From an uncultured cyanobacterium (lineage in GTDB: Bacteria; Cyanobacteriota; Cyanobacteriia; PCC-9006; JAAUQQ01): a stretch of 64,000 nucleotides of DNA. The notes under the pieces are model-generated. The model worked only from the letters and a program-made list of their open reading frames with translations. It did not search any database and was not told the DNA's origin. This document shows positions 51,854-60,885 of this stretch, one piece after another. How positions within the stretch are numbered: position 1 is the first letter of the stretch; each line of letters begins with the position of its first letter. Location: NCBI GenBank assembly GCA_963718615.1, contig OY970368.1:1024001-1088000 (forward strand), written 5' to 3'. A program made the position numbers and the translations under genes.

Positions 51854-52984
51854 ATGATTGACCATGATCGTCTCTTCAAAGAACTTCTGACCACCTTTTT
51901 CCTCGACTTTATCGAGCTGTTTTTTCCTGACATTCTCATGTACCTTGAGCCTGATAGCCTCGACTTTCTTGATAAAGAGCTCTTCACCGATGTCACAGCG
52001 GGAGAACGTTATGAGACCGATCTTCTGGTTCAAGCCCGGTTTAGGGAGCAACCCGCTTGCTTCCTGATCCATGTTGAAAACCAGGCTAACCCTCAGAATA
52101 ACTTCGGAAAACGTATGTTCCGCTACTTTGCACGCCTCTATGAAAAATATGATACTCCTATCTATCCCATCGTCATTTTCTCCTACGATAAACCACGTAA
52201 ACGTGCCCCTAAACAATTTCGTGTTGAATTTCCGGGATTCACGGTTAATACGTTTAACTACCGTGTGCTGCAACTCAACCAACTCAACTGGCGTGATTTT
52301 CTCGATCGCCCCAATCCGATCGCCAGCGCGCTTATGACTAAAATGCATATTGAGCCCCAAGACCGACCCAAGGTCAAAGCCCAATGTCTACGCCTCTTGG
52401 TGACACTCAGATTGGATCCAGCCAGAATGCACTTGATCTCTGGATTCATCGATACCTACCTACGCCTGAACAGCCGAGAGAAGCGCCAGTTTCAAGCAGA
52501 GCTTGGTAACATTGAACCAGAAGCACAGGAGGCAGCCATGCAAATTGTCACCAGTTGGATGGAAGAAGGCATCGAGCAGGGGCTTCAGCAGGGGCTTCAA
52601 CAGGGGCTTCAGCAGGGGCTTCAACGAGAGGCGGGTCTTGTTGTGAAATTTCTGGAGCGGCAGTTAGGGCCATTGCCTGAGGCGCTGAAACAGGAGGTTT
52701 ATCGGCTGGATGCAAAAGCGCTGGATGCCCTAGAGGATGCCTGTTTTGAGATGAAATCTAGTGCTGAGTTGGCAACCTGGCTGATGATATTTCCTTCGCC
52801 TCGACAGCGTCGTGTAGTGGTCGTTCGTTTATTGCAAGAGTTTTTGGGGGAGCCGCTTTCTGCTGAAAGCCAGGAGCAGCTAGGCGGTCTCAAAAAGAGG
52901 CAGTTACAACGGTTAGGTTCAGAATTTTTGACCTTTGGGTCTGTGGCAGATTTGGAGCGTTGGTTGGCGGCGCAGGCTGGCTAA
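51854..52984 (+). CDS. Rpn/YhgA-like PD-(D/E)xK nuclease with EQGLQQG repeats and two DUF4351-like C-terminal domains
   Basis: DHDRLFKELL, TDLLV...LIHVENQ, RMFRYFARL, MQIVTSWMEEGIEQGLQQGLQQGLQQG. Confidence 0.88.
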   Translation: MIDHDRLFKELLTTFFLDFIELFFPDILMYLEPDSLDFLDKELFTDVTAGERYETDLLVQARFREQPACFLIHVENQANPQNNFGKRMFRYFARLYEKYDTPIYPIVIFSYDKPRKRAPKQFRVEFPGFTVNTFNYRVLQLNQLNWRDFLDRPNPIASALMTKMHIEPQDRPKVKAQCLRLLVTLRLDPARMHLISGFIDTYLRLNSREKRQFQAELGNIEPEAQEAAMQIVTSWMEEGIEQGLQQGLQQGLQQGLQREAGLVVKFLERQLGPLPEALKQEVYRLDAKALDALEDACFEMKSSAELATWLMIFPSPRQRRVVVVRLLQEFLGEPLSAESQEQLGGLKKRQLQRLGSEFLTFGSVADLERWLAAQAG

Positions 52985-54435
52985 GCTTTAGCTTTTTTTA
53001 GGGCTGAAAGGCGCAGTTTGCTCCCCACAGTTTCGAGAAAGACTCTCAGCATCAGTTGACCATTGGCATCTCTCCAGGGTTGCCAAATGAGGAACATTTT
53101 GAGGGCGGTCCAAAGCCCTAGAAAGGGATGGCCGTTGTGCCAGTGGGCGTTGGCGATCGCTCCCATAGCAAGCGCCTCGACCTGCCGGTAGCCAAATTCT
53201 CGACTAGTCTGCTGGGCTTCTTGGGCATAGTCTAAAGCCTCTTGATATCGATGTATTTTTCCTAAACATCCACTCAAGGCTACTTTTTCATGGGCAATAA
53301 TTCGCAAATCACCAACAGATTGTGCATAAGCAAGTGCCTGCTCAAGATAACTGAGTGCTGCTTCCGCCTGATCGAGATGAAAGCAGTACAGAATGCCGAT
53401 GCTATTAAAAATGCTTCCAAGAAATATTCGATTGTCAGAGTTTTGCGCCAGTTTCAAACTTTTCTCAAAACAAGTTAGTGCTTTTTTATGCTGACCCAAC
53501 ATCAGGTAACAAGACCCAAGATTGTGAAATATTTCTTCTAGTTGCTCACTGTTCTCAAGGTTTCTACTAATTTTCTCTTCTATTTTAAGATATTTTATAG
53601 CAAGCTGATATTTTCCCCATGTGGAGTAGAGATTACCTAACTCATTTAAAATATGGCTATTTAGGCTCGATGATCGATCGATCTTGCTGAGTATTAATGC
53701 TTGCTTTAGGTAGGTCTCAGCTTGTTTATATTTTAAATTGATAACGTCTAGTCTGGCAAGGCCACAAAGTGATTGAATCTGTAAATTGACGTTATGGATA
53801 CAACTAGCAGCTTGCAGTTGCGTCTGATAAAAATCATTGGAGATCCTGTAGCTTCCCTGAGTTCTATATGCATTAGCTAAGCACCCAAAAGCTCTGACAA
53901 TAAGAGACTGGTCTTGTAAGATATTTTCTTTTTTGAGGAGTTCTTTGCCATAGAAAATTGCCTGTTTAATCTCTCCAATCGCTCGGTAGGAAACCGCTAG
54001 ACCACACAAACAAATACCACTTACCTCTACGGAAAGCTTGTTCAGTAAACGACTGTAGAGGTCAATGGAGATTTGATAATAGCCCCAAAGAGATAATTGC
54101 TCATGAAGAAGTTGCTGTTGTGGGGCGACAGGGATCTGTAAAATTTGCCAAGCGACTTCCCAGGCTTCCACCTCGCAGCAATGGTGAAAGGCTTCTAAAT
54201 ATCCCCGCACTTGCTCAAGCCCCGTCGCATCTACCCTTGGGCGATAGTCCACCAACCAAGATTCAGCCGCAGCGTAATGAGCCAGTTGCCAATGAGAGAC
54301 TTGTTGAGATAGGGGATAGAGCTTTTCTAAGGCTAGGGCAATTGTTTCCGAGAGTTCTCCTGGAGAATTTAGATTTAGCTGACATATCTCCGCATCTAAA
54401 TCCGCAATAAGCACATTCTGACTTTGATCCTTCAT
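52981..54435 (-). CDS. TPR-repeat protein (NB-ARC-associated type), copy 2
   Basis: N-terminal EQVRGYLEAFHH block followed by multiple TPRs. Confidence 0.88.
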   Translation of the reverse strand: MKDQSQNVLIADLDAEICQLNLNSPGELSETIALALEKLYPLSQQVSHWQLAHYAAAESWLVDYRPRVDATGLEQVRGYLEAFHHCCEVEAWEVAWQILQIPVAPQQQLLHEQLSLWGYYQISIDLYSRLLNKLSVEVSGICLCGLAVSYRAIGEIKQAIFYGKELLKKENILQDQSLIVRAFGCLANAYRTQGSYRISNDFYQTQLQAASCIHNVNLQIQSLCGLARLDVINLKYKQAETYLKQALILSKIDRSSSLNSHILNELGNLYSTWGKYQLAIKYLKIEEKISRNLENSEQLEEIFHNLGSCYLMLGQHKKALTCFEKSLKLAQNSDNRIFLGSIFNSIGILYCFHLDQAEAALSYLEQALAYAQSVGDLRIIAHEKVALSGCLGKIHRYQEALDYAQEAQQTSREFGYRQVEALAMGAIANAHWHNGHPFLGLWTALKMFLIWQPWRDANGQLMLRVFLETVGSKLRLSALKKAKA

Positions 54436-54456
54436 ATTTCAGCTCTTTTTGTTAAT

Positions 54457-55896
54457 TTATGTGCGTGATTTATAGAGGAAGGCAAAGATAGTTTCTAAAG
54501 TTTTCTTCAGCATAAAGCGGCCATCTGCACTGGCCCAAGGGGGCTGTATCCAAAATGCCATGAGGATTGTCAGGATGCCTTTAATATGATGTCCATAACA
54601 CCAGTAGGCATTGGCCAGACCTGCTGTAGCAAACGATTCCATCGGTCGGTGATTGATAGATCTAAAAATATGGATTGATTGTCTAAGGTTTGAAAATACC
54701 ATCTTTTGGTCTGGATGCCTGAGTCTTGCATAGCAATAAGATAGATTATTTAAGTCGCTGGCTTGACTTATAATATCACCCAGTTTTATCGATAATTGCA
54801 GCAAATCTTGAAAGAGAATGATAGCTTTTTTATACTGACCAGAGCGCGCATAAACAGAGGCTATATTTCCTCGATTTATATATTCTCCCAACAGATCGTT
54901 ACGACTTTTGCTAATCAAAAGTGCTGTTTCTAAATATCTTAATCCAGCTTGAAAATTGTCAGAGTTTACAAGATTTCCCCCTAGATTACTAATCGCTACC
55001 CATTCTTGATGAATGATCTTAGACTGCCGAGCAATTGCAAGTTGTTCTAGTAAATATTTTTCTGCTAGTTCGGTCTTACCTAAGCGCATATAGGAAGAGC
55101 CTAAAAGTCCTAAAATCTCCGTTTTTAGTCTTAAATTAGATAGCTGTAGACTATGATCATAACTTCTTTTGATCCAACTCAATGACTCTTTGAAGTGACC
55201 CCAATCTCCCATGAGACATGCAAGATCAAGCTCAGCTTTTGTAATTTGGTCTAAATTTTCTGACGCTGTAGCCAGCTCCAGCCGACGTAAAAATAGCTTC
55301 CTCGCTTGCTTGTAGTCAGCACCTTGATTTTTGCAATGTCCTAACCCGCTCAGTGTATCTCCATACAGATCAGCATATTTTTGAGATCTGATCAGCTCAT
55401 TATTCAGAATGTGATTATAGTGATTATCCGCCGTTTTAAAGTCACCAAATTTTCGTAAGCAGTCACCAATTTTGAGATGTAGCAAGAGCTGATAGTTAGT
55501 ACTCATATGTTCAAGCAGCTTCAGACCTATTTCTTTTAATTCATTAAAATACCCTTTGCTATAGAGGCGATCGCAAACACTCTGCCGCTCCTCCTCAAAC
55601 TGAATGGGCGTCATAAACAATTGCTCGGCTCTTGGCCAATCTTCCAGTTCAACTAAATGATGAATCGCCTCTAAATATCCCCGTACCTGCTCAAGTCCAG
55701 TCGCATCAGCCCTCGGGCGATAATCCAGCAACCAAGACTCCACCGCCGCATAGTGGGCCAACTGCCAATGGGATAATCGCTGCGGTTGGGCATAGAGGGT
55801 TTCTAGATCTAGACCTGCAACCGCCGAAAGACCACCCGGTTCGTCTAGATTTAAGTCAAAAGCAGTAGCAATTAAATCCTGTTCCAGCAGTTCCAT
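54457..55896 (-). CDS. TPR-repeat protein (NB-ARC-associated type), copy 1
   Basis: EQVRGYLEAIHH block followed by TPRs; GAGGG precedes ATG 55896. Confidence 0.88.
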   Translation of the reverse strand: MELLEQDLIATAFDLNLDEPGGLSAVAGLDLETLYAQPQRLSHWQLAHYAAVESWLLDYRPRADATGLEQVRGYLEAIHHLVELEDWPRAEQLFMTPIQFEEERQSVCDRLYSKGYFNELKEIGLKLLEHMSTNYQLLLHLKIGDCLRKFGDFKTADNHYNHILNNELIRSQKYADLYGDTLSGLGHCKNQGADYKQARKLFLRRLELATASENLDQITKAELDLACLMGDWGHFKESLSWIKRSYDHSLQLSNLRLKTEILGLLGSSYMRLGKTELAEKYLLEQLAIARQSKIIHQEWVAISNLGGNLVNSDNFQAGLRYLETALLISKSRNDLLGEYINRGNIASVYARSGQYKKAIILFQDLLQLSIKLGDIISQASDLNNLSYCYARLRHPDQKMVFSNLRQSIHIFRSINHRPMESFATAGLANAYWCYGHHIKGILTILMAFWIQPPWASADGRFMLKKTLETIFAFLYKSRT

Positions 55897-55963
55897 CACC
55901 CTCACCCTTTTCCCGATACCTGACCTTGCTGCCAAGCGGTTCACCCCCTGGCAAAACCTCAGT

Positions 55964-57430
55964 CTACTCCCGCGAAATCTCACTCTCTATTCGCTTCAAA
56001 TGCTCCCGCGCCACACTCCGCACCAAATTATGCAACTTCAAAACCCGACGGTCCAACGCAAAGGGTTCCTCCTGATATTCCACCAAATAGCGCTGCACCA
56101 GCAGTTCCAAAGCCTGGGCTGTTTGCCCCATTGACCATCCTAGCCGTTGCACCGACCGTGCCCAAAAACGCGGCGGCACCGGACGATTAAACACCGATCC
56201 ATGGCACAACAAAATGTAAGCACCTTGCCCATGACTCGCCAATCGCTTCAGCGTCAGTTCAATGCGATCCTTGACTCGCTGCCGTAAGGATTTGCTGTAG
56301 CGATGCAGCTTGTGCTCCCGCCCTGGTTGTTCGATGCCTTCCCGCTGGGCCGTTTTCTCAATTTCAATAATCTCTTTGCCATACTTCTCCCAATAGGCCA
56401 AGACATTGCCTGAAAATGGTTCCGCTAAAATCTCACAGGCAATAAGCTGAAGCGCCAGGGGATGACCTTCATAGGCCGTTCCAATCCGCTCTAAATGGGG
56501 TCGTCCTAGAGATTCAGGCTGAACACTAATGCCCCGTAGATGAAACAGTCGCAATTGTTGCAGACGGCTGAGGCCGGTGATGGTTTGGCAGTGGTAGCGA
56601 TCGCAGGAGGGGCGATCGCGAAAACAACCGGGCAGATCCTGAGAACTAATAATCAAACGCGGCGCAAAGGCCGGGACTTCCAAACAACGCTTGAAAAACG
56701 CCTCCCAGCCCGAGTCGATAAATTCATTCCAGCCTAGCGCTTCGTTTCCTCTCAGGCAATATTCAAAGGAGTGGAGTTGGATAATGACCGGGCGATCGAC
56801 CAATGCTGCCATGAATCGATTCAGCAGTTTTTCGGCCTCCTGAAGTTCCGAATTCGGAAAGTCTATTTGCCAAGATCGGAAACAATAGGTGACGAATTGG
56901 ACAAATTCTAATCCCTCATCGGGATCGATCCGCAAAATTAATCCTTCCGGCCATCCTGCTTCGCTCAATTGGTCACCCAGATAGAGGCTAATGGCAGTTT
57001 TACCAATGCCAGTGAGGCCCGTTAGTAAGAGCAAGCGGCAGTTGAGTTGGAGATCGGCGAGGAGGCGATCGGTCACCTCTCCCCTCTCGACCCAGTTTTC
57101 TTGGGCCTGCTGAAACTCGGCCTGCTGCTCTTGCAAGGCTTTGGAGCTGTCGATCTCAATCACCTCATGCCAATTGAGATTGAGCACTTCGCAGGTTGCT
57201 CGGACGAGCGTCTCAGAAACGGGCTTCATGGCCAAAAACCGTTGCCAAGTCGCAGGGGAAAAGGCATAGAGCAGATCCCCCTCGGCATTCACCTGGGGCC
57301 ATTGCAGGTGCGGCTCTAGGAGATTACTGATTTCTGTTAGGAGCACGGTGCTAGAACGGGTAAGTTCTCGGTTTTTTATGGCTTGGAGAATGAGGGCTTG
57401 GCCGGTTTTCGAGAGTTTTAATCGTCCCAT
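55964..57430 (-). CDS. STAND/NB-ARC-type ATPase with N-terminal HTH-like domain and no fused sensor repeats
   Basis: SPATWQRFL...CEVLNLNW N-domain, Walker A GLTGIGKT, GHPLAL (GxP), winged helix ending LHNLVRSVA. Confidence 0.82.
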   Translation of the reverse strand: MGRLKLSKTGQALILQAIKNRELTRSSTVLLTEISNLLEPHLQWPQVNAEGDLLYAFSPATWQRFLAMKPVSETLVRATCEVLNLNWHEVIEIDSSKALQEQQAEFQQAQENWVERGEVTDRLLADLQLNCRLLLLTGLTGIGKTAISLYLGDQLSEAGWPEGLILRIDPDEGLEFVQFVTYCFRSWQIDFPNSELQEAEKLLNRFMAALVDRPVIIQLHSFEYCLRGNEALGWNEFIDSGWEAFFKRCLEVPAFAPRLIISSQDLPGCFRDRPSCDRYHCQTITGLSRLQQLRLFHLRGISVQPESLGRPHLERIGTAYEGHPLALQLIACEILAEPFSGNVLAYWEKYGKEIIEIEKTAQREGIEQPGREHKLHRYSKSLRQRVKDRIELTLKRLASHGQGAYILLCHGSVFNRPVPPRFWARSVQRLGWSMGQTAQALELLVQRYLVEYQEEPFALDRRVLKLHNLVRSVAREHLKRIESEISRE

Positions 57431-57869
57431 ATCACACAGATGGCAATCAAGTCAATCGTCATTTTTGAGTTTATGAACAGGGGGCGGGCTGGAGAAATTC
57501 CAAAATCTGAGATTGGCGGGTCTCAGGAGTTGTCCTGTAAATTAATTCGCATAAGGTTCAGAAGTTTTGTGAGATCTTCATCATAAGCAAAGAGTGAACA
57601 TTAATTTGCTTTTGAAGTCTTTCAAATCTCTGAATTTGGCTCAAGAGCTCCCCCTCTTGTGGTCTATTTTTCAGTAACTTAATTTTTTAATTGTTAGCCC
57701 CCAGCAATTAACTGACCTAATATAGCCTGCCAGGGCGTAAAAGCTCAGAGATTAGAGGTTAAAAACATCTCTCAAAGATTTGTACTTGAGTTTAACTTGC
57801 AAAGGACTTGATTCTTCTTCGATGGCTGCGATCATAATCTACAGTTTCTAACTAACACGATTTAAGTTC

Positions 57870-58160
57870 ATGAAGAACAAGAAGTTAGTGATGCTATCGA
57901 CGGCTTTTATTTGCTCAACACTTCTCAGTGTTGCTAAACCAGCCTCTGCTTGGTCTGGCTGGAAAAATGTGTATTTAGGTCGCGCAGCTATTGCTGACAA
58001 TAGCAATTATTGGAGGGCAAAAAGCAGACAACCTTTGCCTACTCCACCTTGGGATCGAAATGATTTGTGCAGATGGAAATATGGAAGAGGAGATGCTAAG
58101 GGTAGTCAAGTATTACTCTTGAGTTGGGATACAAATTTCTACTATAGTTATTGGAGTTGA
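57870..58160 (+). CDS. Small secreted Trp/Tyr-rich protein
   Basis: Signal peptide MKNKKLV...KPASA followed by a 69-aa mature region. Confidence 0.75.
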   Translation: MKNKKLVMLSTAFICSTLLSVAKPASAWSGWKNVYLGRAAIADNSNYWRAKSRQPLPTPPWDRNDLCRWKYGRGDAKGSQVLLLSWDTNFYYSYWS

Positions 58161-58302
58161 TGTTAATCTGTGTTCTGATGATTTTCAACATTAATTTAAA
58201 GAAGTAAAAGTATTAGTACCTTCCAGCACAAAGCATAAGGTCTAGAAAAGAGCTCTCCCTATCTTATGATTCCTTTCTGCAAAAAAACTGTTTTTGACAT
58301 AA

Positions 58303-58707
58303 ATGCCACCTCATAGAAAAGATACATCTTCAGGTTTTACAGTTCTTGAGCTTCTTGTCACCTTAGTGATACTAGGGCTTTTGAGTGCTACCTCTATACC
58401 TTTCCTTGCAGGACAAATAGAAAAGGCCAGGAAGGTTGAAGCTATAAATTTCATGAAAAGCTACATGGATAGACAAAAATCCTTTTATTACGAAAACCGA
58501 ACTTTTGCTAGCAATTTGACAGAACTTTCTCTTCCTAGAGAAGGGAGATACTATTATTTCGGTTCGAAAAACTACTCATTTCCAGAAATTAAAGATAGCG
58601 TTTTTTCTTGCATCACAGTGGTTCCAAAATTAATGAATCATGACTCTCTTGGTGGCTGTGTATCAAGTCGAGAACAACTTTATTATAAAACTCGAAGCAC
58701 TGTTTAG
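58303..58707 (+). CDS. Type IV pilin-like protein
   Basis: Prepilin cleavage motif G|FTVLELLVTLVILGLL; two C-terminal Cys. Confidence 0.88.
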   Translation: MPPHRKDTSSGFTVLELLVTLVILGLLSATSIPFLAGQIEKARKVEAINFMKSYMDRQKSFYYENRTFASNLTELSLPREGRYYYFGSKNYSFPEIKDSVFSCITVVPKLMNHDSLGGCVSSREQLYYKTRSTV

Positions 58708-58845
58708 CTATGCATTAATTAGAAAATCTGAGGTAAACTCATTTTCTTGAATATGATACTTTACAGTTAGGCTACTAGAGTTCAGTAAATTCATTTTTGT
58801 GAACTCAGGTGAATTTATCACTCTTTCTTATCTTCTTTTAACTAT

Positions 58846-58926
58846 AGGATCTCTTGCATGGATAATTTCTTAGAGGCTGAAACCCTATTGAATCTGTTGA
58901 ATTTCATGATTTATCCAAGAGATCTA
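58846..58926 (+). repeat. 81-bp MITE-like element, copy A
   Basis: GATCTCTTG...CAAGAGATC termini; 65/81 identical by manual alignment to the reverse complement of 59551-59631. Confidence 0.8.
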
Positions 58927-58965
58927 TCGAATCTGTTCGTCAACCAAGTTAAGAATACTACTTTT

Positions 58966-59520
58966 ATGAAGATCAAATCATCTCTTTTTCTGCTTTTAGC
59001 TCTTACTCCTGTACTGTTCAAGATCCAGCCGTCATCTGCGCAATCTCAGCGTTCTTCTAATACAGCATCATTAGCAGAGATGTCATGCAAAAATATCGGT
59101 GGTAAATTTAGAGTTAAAAATGAAGATATTGTGATAGGGCGTCGTGTTTATACAGGAATCTTGGAGGTAAGCGACTCCGGAGATCCATATACATGGAATC
59201 AGGCAATTGCGATTACTTGCGCTCTAGCCTCTAATGGTTCTCAGCCCAGATTTAGAACTCTTAACTTAGCCTTCGGCATTGCAGATGACCATCCCTATTC
59301 CGTAGGAAAGACAGAAATTAGAATGAAGTTATTTCGAGATGGAGGTTTTTATGAGTCCGTCAATATTAGGCAAGGAGATTCAATCAGGGCTGCCATTAAT
59401 GTAGAAAACATAAGAAGCTTTTCCTTTGAACTAGAGTGTCTTAATGGACGCCCAGCACTAGGAGGGGGTGAAGGGTACTGCCCACCAGTATGGTTTACAG
59501 AAGATCTGCTGACAGAGTAA
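58966..59520 (+). CDS. Secreted hypothetical protein (beta-sandwich, NPCBM/NEW2-like character)
   Basis: Signal peptide MKIKSS...PSSA, FRTLNLAFGIADD, four Cys. Domain call is tentative. Confidence 0.65.
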   Translation: MKIKSSLFLLLALTPVLFKIQPSSAQSQRSSNTASLAEMSCKNIGGKFRVKNEDIVIGRRVYTGILEVSDSGDPYTWNQAIAITCALASNGSQPRFRTLNLAFGIADDHPYSVGKTEIRMKLFRDGGFYESVNIRQGDSIRAAINVENIRSFSFELECLNGRPALGGGEGYCPPVWFTEDLLTE

Positions 59521-59550
59521 AACTTGGTAATTCCACTAGATTTAGTGCAT

Positions 59551-59631
59551 TAGATCTCTTGCATAAATCATGAAAATCAACGGATTTTACAGGGCTTCAT
59601 CCTTCAAAAAGGTATCCGTGCAAGAGATCTA
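59551..59631 (-). repeat. 81-bp MITE-like element, copy B
   Basis: Perfect 13-bp terminal inverted repeats TAGATCTCTTGCA/TGCAAGAGATCTA. Confidence 0.8.
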
Positions 59632-59732
59632 TTTATTCAACGTGAAGTCACACAGAATAAGCATGTCGAACTCTTGTTATATCTCTCTTTCTACAAGAGC
59701 TTTATGCTGAAAATTTTCTAACCTTGAAAGAT

Positions 59733-60446
59733 ATGAACAGAAGGAAGCTTATTAGAATTGGCACATTAGGATCAATCTCTTGTGCAACAGGAATTAATCT
59801 CTATAATCCTCAATCTGTGCAAGCTTTTGGACCACTATTTTCATTGTTTCTAAGAGTAGGACTCTCTTATGCGATTGAAAATGCCACTCACTTAGGTTTA
59901 CAGGGGATGTTAGGTATTTACTATAAAGAAATGCGGAGAAGAGTACAGGAATGGTATGATCGACGCCTAGATGCCCAGTTAGCTCAGCGAGCATTAATTG
60001 AGCAAGATTTTACTGATATCAGGGCAGTAGGAATTCCTAATACATCTTATAAGCATATTTTGATCGGAACCAAACAAGAAGCCTCAGGCTATTACAGTCC
60101 AGCTATAGTTTTGCCACGACTAACAGGACAAGGTAATGACCTAGTAGCTTTTTCAGGGCCAGCAGCAATCGGAATCAGTTATGCAGCTAATTATCTCAGC
60201 AAAACTACTCATATGTCCCTGAAGCAGATTCAATCAGCATTGCTTCCAACTCGACGTCATCTCGATGAATGGCATTCTTGGGAGCAAGATTTTGCGCCTA
60301 TTAGTTATGAGACAGCTACATCCTCAAATGGTGTAACGATTCAATATCGTAGGTCTGGAAAGCACCTGAATGGAAGTGCGGAAATTTTGGTCGGTATCGA
60401 TGTTGGGCACAGACTTAGTTTTTCCGTTGAAGTTCAGTTCGGCTAA
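59733..60446 (+). CDS. Hypothetical protein with Tat-like signal
   Basis: MNRRKLIRIG...SVQA|F twin-arginine-like leader; AT-rich ORF. Confidence 0.7.
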   Translation: MNRRKLIRIGTLGSISCATGINLYNPQSVQAFGPLFSLFLRVGLSYAIENATHLGLQGMLGIYYKEMRRRVQEWYDRRLDAQLAQRALIEQDFTDIRAVGIPNTSYKHILIGTKQEASGYYSPAIVLPRLTGQGNDLVAFSGPAAIGISYAANYLSKTTHMSLKQIQSALLPTRRHLDEWHSWEQDFAPISYETATSSNGVTIQYRRSGKHLNGSAEILVGIDVGHRLSFSVEVQFG

Positions 60447-60885
60447 TCTAGCTTAGGAATTAGTCATCAGAGATGAGAATACTGGACAGTGGGAAGTTTT
60501 ACAGTTGCTAGAGCATTAGATAAGAGAAAGGGGGTAGTGCATTTATGTAAAGGATAAAGAGAAATAGGGTAAACCTACTATCGAAAGAAGGATAAAGGAA
60601 AACAAAGCGTAGCTGCTGTAGTCGGTAAGGATAGAAGACAACCCGGCATAGCTGTTGTAGCAGAAAGGAAAAGATGACCCTAGAACTCACTTGCCCGACC
60701 TGTGGCTCCCACGACATTTCCAAGAATGGAATAACGCGCCGAGGTAAACAGAACTACAAATGCCGAGACTGCAACCGACAGTTTGTCGAATACCCCCAGT
60801 GGAAGCCGAAAGACAAAGACACCCAGAGTTTGGTAGACCTGCTGTTGCTAGAGAAAATGCCCCTGGCAGGGATTGCTAGAGCAAT

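Noticed and set aside
54227-54235. GCATCTACC match to the sRNA seed as a target site
   Set aside because: The gene is on the minus strand, so its mRNA has the same sense as the sRNA and cannot pair with it.
58858-58965. N-terminal extension of the 220-aa ORF
   Set aside because: It derives largely from the 81-bp repeat; the signal peptide starts at ATG 58966.
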